Source: Candidatus Auribacterota bacterium
GTDB lineage: Bacteria; Auribacterota; UBA6266
Direction of reading: 5' to 3'
Assembly: GCA_016933315.1 (NCBI GenBank)
Contig: JAFGBE010000130.1
Location: forward strand, 1 to 37,858
Length of the DNA: 37,858 bases
The notes beneath the pieces are model-generated. The model did no database searches. It saw nothing but the letters and a program-made list of their open reading frames with translations, and was not told the DNA's origin. Shown piece after piece: positions 32,949-37,858 of the stretch; position 1 is the first letter of the stretch; every line of letters begins with the position of its first letter. Made by a program: the position numbers and the translations under genes.

Positions 32949-33350
32949 ATGAGAGAGCTTGTTAAAGAACAGATTGTTGAAACTACCGCAGAAAAGGTTT
33001 CTTTCGGTGTTGAAACAATTTTGGATCTTTATGATTGTAATCTTCAGGTCATGAGATCCGAGGCTAAGCTGAGAGAATATGTCGACAAGTTGTGTAAGCT
33101 TTTGAACATGGAGAAGTATGGTGAATGTCTGACGCCCTATTTTGGCCTGAATAACGAGCACACAGCGGGATATTCACTTCTTCAGTTTATAGAAACCAGC
33201 TCGATTACGGGGCATTTTTCTGAGAATACCGGAACATCCTACATAAACATATTTTCCTGCGGCGCGTATGATCCGGAAAAAGCCGCGGAGTTTACAAGGA
33301 AGTTTTTCGGCGCAAAGAAGGTGATTAAGAGGATTATCGAAAGAAGATAG
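32949..33350 (+). CDS. AdoMetDC-fold pyruvoyl-type decarboxylase homolog (SpeH-like, divergent)
   Basis: 133 aa. Colinear with class 1 AdoMetDC: LDLYDC, YSLLQFIETSSITGHFSEN (compare VVVISESHLTIHTWPE), INIFSCG. Substrate (AdoMet vs Arg/Orn) is not assignable by eye. Confidence 0.65.
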   Translation: MRELVKEQIVETTAEKVSFGVETILDLYDCNLQVMRSEAKLREYVDKLCKLLNMEKYGECLTPYFGLNNEHTAGYSLLQFIETSSITGHFSENTGTSYINIFSCGAYDPEKAAEFTRKFFGAKKVIKRIIERR

Positions 33351-33357
33351 CTCTTAT

Positions 33358-33401
33358 CCCCCCGCGGACAGCATTCTGCAAGGCTGCGGGGGGATTTTTT
33401 T
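33358..33401 (+). terminator. rho-independent terminator
   Basis: CCCCCCGC-(20-nt loop)-GCGGGGGG followed by A-TTTTTTT, immediately after the 32949-33350 stop. Confidence 0.75.
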
Positions 33402-33492
33402 CGCCCTGTTAATGGGCGTCCTTTCACAATACATACCGCATTAATGCCATTTTAACAAAGGTGAACATTCGTTATTGGTTATCAATGTAGAG

Positions 33493-33575
33493 TTAGGTCT
33501 TTTAAGGTATTTTACAGTTTACCATTGACAAACTATGTTCAATAAGGTATTATTAGGTCTTAGTAAGGTGTTTAT
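33493..33575 (+). promoter_or_regulatory. sigma70-type promoter flanked by and overlapping a 22-nt direct repeat
   Basis: TTGACA (33525-33530)-N17-TATTAT (33548-33553). Direct repeats TTAGGTCTTTTAAGGTATTTTA (33493-33514) and TTAGGTCTTAGTAAGGTGTTTA (33553-33574). The second repeat begins at the last base of the -10 hexamer and covers the predicted transcription start. Confidence 0.5.
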
Positions 33576-33607
33576 TGTATTTTAATGTTAAGATGCAGGG
33601 AGTTGTT

Positions 33608-33925
33608 ATGGGTGAAGGCAGAGAAAAAGAGTTGATGACTGAAAAAGAGGTCAGGGAGCTTTTGAGGGTTTCCCGAACTACATTATGGAAGCTCAGGAAA
33701 AACGAAAAGTTCCCTTTTTCAAAGGTCGGAAGGCAGTACAGGTATTCCGGGAAAGAGATACTTGAATGGATGAAAGATAAAAAAGGTAAAAAAATTGAAA
33801 GGGGCGGCTCAGGCCACTCCGATAATATAGATAGGAAAGAAGAAAATAAACAACAGGAGATATCGAAAGAATCCTTGCAAGGTGGGGATAAATCTGTAAC
33901 CAAGGAAGTCGAAGGAAAAAAATGA
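33608..33925 (+). CDS. excisionase/MerR-superfamily HTH (HTH_17-like) DNA-binding protein with Lys/Glu-rich tail
   Basis: LMTEKEVRELLRVSRTTLWKLRKNEKFPFSKVGRQYRYSGKEILEWM is the helix-turn-helix_17 pattern. Start chosen at the ATG 33608 (AGGGAG 5 nt upstream). The stop overlaps the kamA ATG (ATGA). Confidence 0.65.
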   Translation: MGEGREKELMTEKEVRELLRVSRTTLWKLRKNEKFPFSKVGRQYRYSGKEILEWMKDKKGKKIERGGSGHSDNIDRKEENKQQEISKESLQGGDKSVTKEVEGKK

Positions 33926-35049
33926 AAAAAGATGGTGCGGCGAAATCTACATCGTCCGACGGTTCCAGTTCTTATAAGGTAAAGAAATCCAGGTGGTATG
34001 ATTGGAAATGGCAGCTTAAGAACAGAATTACAACGGTAGAAGAGATTTCGAAGTATGTAGCTTTAACTCAGGAGGAAAAACAGGGGCTTGATTTAAAAGA
34101 GAGGCTGGTTTTCGGGGTAACGCCTTATTTCCTGAGTCTTATAGATCCTTTCAGCCCGAACTGTCCTATAAGGAAGCAATGCGTTCCGACAGCCAGTGAG
34201 GGGGTTGCAACCGAATTTGATTATGAAGATCCGTGTGCGGAAGAAAAGGATTGCCCTGTCCCCGGGCTGGTTCACAGGTACCCGGACAGGGTATTGCTTC
34301 TTGCCACAGATGAATGCGCGTCCTATTGCAGGCATTGTACCCGCAAGAGGCTTGCGGGAAGCTCCAAGCATGTCCTTACCGCGAAAATGATGGACAAGAT
34401 AGTGAAATACCTGTCCGATAACCCGAAGATAAGGGATGTGGTAGTCTCCGGCGGGGATCCTTTGACTCTTGCTGAAGATAAGCTGGAGATGATTCTTTCA
34501 AGCCTGAAAAAGATAAGAAGCGTTCAGGTGATAAGGATAGGGACCAGGGTACCGATATTTCTTCCTATGAGGATTGATGAGGCGCTTGTTTCAATGTTGA
34601 AGAAATATCATCCTGTGTGGATGAGCATACACATAAATCACCCCCGCGAAGTGACCCCCGATGTTGAAAAAGCTTTGAATATGCTTGCGGATTCGGGGAT
34701 AGTGCTGGGCAGCCAGACGGTGCTCCTTAAAGGGATAAATGACAAGCCGGAAATTATGAAAGAGCTGTTCATCAGGGCTATGAAGAACAGGGTGAGACCT
34801 TATTATATTTATCAGTGTGACCCCGCAAGAGGAACTGCACACTTCCGAACCTCAGTCAAGACAGGTGTTGAAATAATTGAAAATCTGCGCGGTTTTATCA
34901 GCGGTTACGCGGTCCCTACGTATGTTATCGATGCCCCGGGCGGCGGAGGCAAAATACCTGTCTCTCCCAATTATGTGGTTGAGCATAAAGGTAAAAAGTG
35001 GACACTTAAAAATTATCGCAACAACAGATATGAATATATAGAGCCTTAA
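33922..35049 (+). CDS. kamA: lysine 2,3-aminomutase family radical SAM/PLP enzyme (short, EpmB-length form)
   Basis: 375 aa. Colinear with Clostridium KamA: WKWQLKNRI, TPYFLSLID, PGLVHRYPDRVLLLATDECASYCRHCTRKR (CX3CX2C), RPYYIYQCD, VIDAPGGGGKIPV (PLP Lys). It lacks the C-terminal Zn/oligomerisation extension of clostridial KamA. Confidence 0.85.
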   Translation: MKKDGAAKSTSSDGSSSYKVKKSRWYDWKWQLKNRITTVEEISKYVALTQEEKQGLDLKERLVFGVTPYFLSLIDPFSPNCPIRKQCVPTASEGVATEFDYEDPCAEEKDCPVPGLVHRYPDRVLLLATDECASYCRHCTRKRLAGSSKHVLTAKMMDKIVKYLSDNPKIRDVVVSGGDPLTLAEDKLEMILSSLKKIRSVQVIRIGTRVPIFLPMRIDEALVSMLKKYHPVWMSIHINHPREVTPDVEKALNMLADSGIVLGSQTVLLKGINDKPEIMKELFIRAMKNRVRPYYIYQCDPARGTAHFRTSVKTGVEIIENLRGFISGYAVPTYVIDAPGGGGKIPVSPNYVVEHKGKKWTLKNYRNNRYEYIEP

Positions 35050-35099
35050 CCATTCCGGTCTGGCGGGAAAACAGAAAATAAAAAGATGTGTGTACTGGT

Positions 35100-36122
35100 A
35101 TGAAAATAGGAATTACATATAACCTGAAAACGGATTTTAAGGGTCTCGCGCTGGCGGCGGAAGACGCGCTGGAGGAATTTGACAGCGAGAAGACTGTAGA
35201 CGCGATAGCTTCCGCCATTGTGAAAATAGGGCATGAGGCGGTCAAGCTCGGCGGCGGCGAGCAGGTTATCGGCAAGATAAAAAACGAGGAACCTTCGCTG
35301 GTTTTTAATATCGCGGAAGGTGTCAACGGAAGGGCGCGTGAAGCGCAGATCCCGGCCTTGCTTGAGTTGCTTAAAATACCGTATACACATTCCGATCCCC
35401 TTACTCTCGCGCTGACGCTTGATAAATCCATGACCAAGCATGTTGTCAAATCATGCGGTGTGAACACGCCTGATTTTCTGGTCGTTTCGGATACCGCGGA
35501 GCTTAAGGGAGACAATCTTCCCGGATTTCCCCTGATAGTCAAGCCCGCGTGGGAAGGTTCAAGCAAGGGGATAAGAACAAATTCAAAGGTGAACAATTTT
35601 GATGAGTTGGAAACTCAGGTCGGATGGGTGTTTAAAAATTATCCGGGCCAGCCTGTTTTGATAGAGCAGTTTATAAGGGGGCGGGAGATTACCGTGGGCG
35701 TTATCGGGAACAATCCTCCGCGCATCCTTGGGATGATGGAAATAGGTTTTAAGGAAAACACCAAAAAAGATTTTATTTATTCCCTGGAAGTGAAGAGGGA
35801 TTACGAGAAACTTGTAAAATATACGTGCCCCCCGGGGCTTGATGACAAAGTGGCCGCGAAAGTTGAAAAGATGGCTCTGTCCGCTTACGACTGCCTTCAT
35901 TGTAAAGACATTGCCAGGATGGATTTCAGGATTGATGAGAAAGCGAACGCTTATTTTATTGAAATCAACCCGCTTCCCGGCCTTTCTCCCGACTACAGCG
36001 ACCTGATTATAATGTCGAAAAAGCTCGGGATAGAATACGAGGATATAATCAGGGGGATAATCGAAAACGCCGTTAAGAGATATAATATAGGAGAAAAAAT
36101 TGAGAGCTGCACTTCTGTTTAA
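35100..36122 (+). CDS. ATP-grasp ligase, D-Ala-D-Ala-ligase-like but non-canonical (paralog 1)
   Basis: Start set at the ATG 35100 (MKIGITYNLK). ATP-grasp motifs LIVKPAWEGSSKGI, ARMDFRIDEKANAYFIEINPLPGL. It lacks the Ddl N-terminal GGxSxEHEVS signature. Confidence 0.75.
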   Translation: MKIGITYNLKTDFKGLALAAEDALEEFDSEKTVDAIASAIVKIGHEAVKLGGGEQVIGKIKNEEPSLVFNIAEGVNGRAREAQIPALLELLKIPYTHSDPLTLALTLDKSMTKHVVKSCGVNTPDFLVVSDTAELKGDNLPGFPLIVKPAWEGSSKGIRTNSKVNNFDELETQVGWVFKNYPGQPVLIEQFIRGREITVGVIGNNPPRILGMMEIGFKENTKKDFIYSLEVKRDYEKLVKYTCPPGLDDKVAAKVEKMALSAYDCLHCKDIARMDFRIDEKANAYFIEINPLPGLSPDYSDLIIMSKKLGIEYEDIIRGIIENAVKRYNIGEKIESCTSV

Positions 36123-37188
36123 CGAACCCGACCTGATTGCCGATCTTGAGCCGGGAATGACTGATGAGTACATACACAACCATATCAACGCGGTTGAACA
36201 TTCCCTGGGCAAAATAGGCTGCGAGGTTTTAAGGATTGATATAAACAACGATATTCAGGAAATGGTCGCCAATATCCATAAAAGCCGGGCGGATGTGATT
36301 TTTAACCTGTGCGAGAGCATCTTCGGCAGGCCGGAATTCGAGATGAATATAGTGACCCTCCTGGAGCTTTTAAAGGTCCCTTATACGGGAGCGCCTCCCC
36401 TGGCGCTGGGGCTCTGCCTGAACAAATATAATTACAGGTTTTTTCTGAAAGATATGGGGATAAAATGTCCCCGGGCGGTGGAAATCAGGAACCCGTCGCA
36501 CTTCGACAGCGTGTCGCAATTAAAGTATCCGGTTATCGTGAAGCCTCTCAGTGAAGACGGAAGCACAGGCATCTCTGAGCAGAATATTTTTGAATCGCCC
36601 CGGGAAGCTAAAAACAAGCTTGGCGCCCTGCTTCAGCTTTACTCTGACGGGTTGATCGCGGAAGAGTATATTGCCGGCAGGGAGTTTAATTGTTTTTTAA
36701 TCAATACAAAAGAGGGAACCAAAATATTCCCGATATCGGAGATAGAATTCCGGTATCCCGACAACAGGAAATACAATATCATTTCGTATGACGCAAAATG
36801 GAATATCGAAAGCGTGGAATATAAGTCCACGGTGCATATATGTCCGGCGGATATCACGAAAGCGCAGACCGGGAAAATATTCAAAGCCTGTTCGGTGATA
36901 TTTAATACTATCATTAAGAAGGGTTATGCGCGCGTGGATTTCCGTATGGACGCTAAAAACAATCTCTATGTTATAGATGTCAACCCCAACCCGGACATAA
37001 GTCCTGATGCCGGGGCCATAAAACAGATCAGGGCCGAAGGCTGGACATACACCAATTTTGTCGAAGCTATGATAGAAGACGCGATTGAATATATGAAAAA
37101 ACCTGTTTTCCTGTTCGGCACCGAACACAGGAAAAAAACGCCTAAAAGAGGCAAAGACTACAGGTTTGCGGCTTCGGCGGCCTGCTAA
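36100..37188 (+). CDS. ATP-grasp ligase, D-Ala-D-Ala-ligase-like but non-canonical (paralog 2)
   Basis: TTG start at 36100 (AGGAG 6 nt upstream) overlaps paralog 1 by 23 nt. VIVKPLSEDGSTGI, ARVDFRMDAKNNLYVIDVNPNPDISP. It shares the N-domain pattern ...IFNLCE..G...E..I..LLELLKVPYTG with paralog 1. Confidence 0.72.
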   Translation: MRAALLFNEPDLIADLEPGMTDEYIHNHINAVEHSLGKIGCEVLRIDINNDIQEMVANIHKSRADVIFNLCESIFGRPEFEMNIVTLLELLKVPYTGAPPLALGLCLNKYNYRFFLKDMGIKCPRAVEIRNPSHFDSVSQLKYPVIVKPLSEDGSTGISEQNIFESPREAKNKLGALLQLYSDGLIAEEYIAGREFNCFLINTKEGTKIFPISEIEFRYPDNRKYNIISYDAKWNIESVEYKSTVHICPADITKAQTGKIFKACSVIFNTIIKKGYARVDFRMDAKNNLYVIDVNPNPDISPDAGAIKQIRAEGWTYTNFVEAMIEDAIEYMKKPVFLFGTEHRKKTPKRGKDYRFAASAAC

Positions 37189-37694
37189 CCTTCAAGCAGA
37201 AACGAGGATAATTTTCTTCTTCCGGGGTATCTTGGTTTTTCACCCGGGTAGCCCACCGCTATTACCGCCGCGAGCTCCAGGCCCTTTTGCCTGTTTATCT
37301 TTTTCTGAAGCTGTTTTTTCCTGTTCAGTATTTCTCCCAGCCAGACGGCTCCCATTTTTTCCGAATGGATATAGAGCAGCATATTCTCGATGCACGCGCC
37401 GGCGGACATTATGTCCTTGTCCCTGTCATAGATTTTCCGTTCATCGAGGTATACCAGTATAAGCGCGGGCGCCTCACATATGATTTTTGAGTATCGGCTG
37501 AGAGTGAACCCGGAGATGGTTTTTTTTAATCCGGCTTCGGTTACTGTCTGGAATTTCCATGGCTGATTGTTCAGCCCGCTGGGAGCGTTAATCCCGGCTT
37601 CAATGATTTTAAGCAGGATTTTCCGGCTCACGTTTCTGTTTTTAAAGCGCCGGATGCTTCTCCTTGTTTTTATAAGATGTTTGAGATTTTCCAT
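37185..37694 (-). CDS. nitroreductase family protein
   Basis: 169 aa. N-terminal LIKTRRSIRRFKNRNVS...IIEAGINAPSGLNNQPWKF is the classical nitroreductase signature. Its stop codon overlaps the convergent ATP-grasp stop (CTAA). Confidence 0.85.
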   Translation of the reverse strand: MENLKHLIKTRRSIRRFKNRNVSRKILLKIIEAGINAPSGLNNQPWKFQTVTEAGLKKTISGFTLSRYSKIICEAPALILVYLDERKIYDRDKDIMSAGACIENMLLYIHSEKMGAVWLGEILNRKKQLQKKINRQKGLELAAVIAVGYPGEKPRYPGRRKLSSFLLEG

Positions 37695-37729
37695 ATTTAA
37701 ATGATATTATATTAAAAAAGGAGAAAATT

Positions 37730-37858
37730 ATGAAATTGATATATTTGGCCGCTGCGGGGCTTTTTTTATTTGCCGGTTGCAGCCGGCCTGGTGTTTCGGC
37801 CGGGAATGTCGTGAAAATAGAAGGGGCAAAAGGAAGCTGGCGGTTGACGGTAAACGGC
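37730..37858 (+). CDS. lipoprotein, 5' fragment (continues beyond the window)
   Basis: AAGGAG RBS 7 nt upstream of the ATG. MKLIYLAAAGLFLFAGCSRP carries a lipobox (LFAGC). The frame is open to the window end. Confidence 0.6.
   Translation, partial: MKLIYLAAAGLFLFAGCSRPGVSAGNVVKIEGAKGSWRLTVNG

Noticed and set aside
33493-33925. Excisionase-like HTH plus flanking direct repeats as the edge of a prophage or integrative element
   Set aside because: The window has no integrase, recombinase, phage or conjugation genes and no tRNA target. The HTH gene is translationally coupled to a metabolic operon, and the repeats bracket its promoter. A local regulator fits better.
33922-35049. KamA homolog as glutamate 2,3-aminomutase (beta-glutamate osmolyte route)
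   Set aside because: Both acidic residues in the YQCD and VIDAPGGGGK contexts are retained. These bind the lysine side-chain amine in clostridial LAM, and they are substituted in glutamate 2,3-aminomutase as I recall. Lysine therefore remains the more likely substrate. This needs a real alignment.
35006-36248. Minus-strand ORFs 35006-35596 (196 aa) and 35583-36248 (221 aa)
   Set aside because: They are antisense to the two ATP-grasp genes, which carry clear family motifs. They have no RBS and biased composition.
35100-37188. The two ATP-grasp genes as ordinary cell-wall D-Ala-D-Ala ligases
   Set aside because: Both lack the N-terminal GGxSxEHEVS signature of Ddl. They occur as a tandem overlapping pair coupled to kamA rather than near mur/fts genes. 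I cannot exclude this without seeing the rest of the genome.
37185-37188. Overlapping convergent stop codons (CTAA) of the ATP-grasp paralog 2 and nitroreductase genes
   Set aside because: The overlap is real but trivial. It is a common consequence of compact gene packing, and no structure or motif is associated with it.

Overview
Densely packed bacterial chromosomal window with about 38 protein genes on both strands. I found no rRNA, tRNA, CRISPR array, transposase or integrase. The gene content points to a Gram-negative-type, probably anaerobic organism. It has LPS and envelope genes (hldD, an LpxL-family acyltransferase, OmpA-LysM), a 2-oxoacid:ferredoxin oxidoreductase, a nitroreductase and sigma54 regulation. 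Housekeeping genes include porAB-like, folE, ccdA, polX, nth, a NUDIX hydrolase, lpd, ppsR and an RluA-family synthase.

Five loci stand out:
1. Two tandem, overlapping MJ0619/COG1964-type radical SAM paralogs, the family containing archaeal tetraether lipid synthase Tes/GDGT-MAS. A lipid acyltransferase follows at 14505-18625. This is a candidate bacterial membrane-spanning-lipid locus.
2. A translationally coupled HTH - lysine-2,3-aminomutase - two non-canonical Ddl-like ATP-grasp ligase operon at 33608-37188. It is a candidate pathway for an unknown beta-lysine conjugate.
3. A pair of AdoMetDC-fold genes in which the first has lost the self-processing site (32406-33350).
4. An FHA-GAF-sigma54 activator overlapping a transmembrane Ser/Thr kinase (21900-26611). 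A consensus-matching sigma54 promoter with an upstream palindrome sits in front of a nearby secreted beta-sandwich protein gene (about 20254-20370).
5. A dispersed intergenic inverted-repeat family built from CACAGATA-type units (three copies), plus a second element with the same architecture but a different unit.

All functional calls come from motif recognition by eye. No database search was run.
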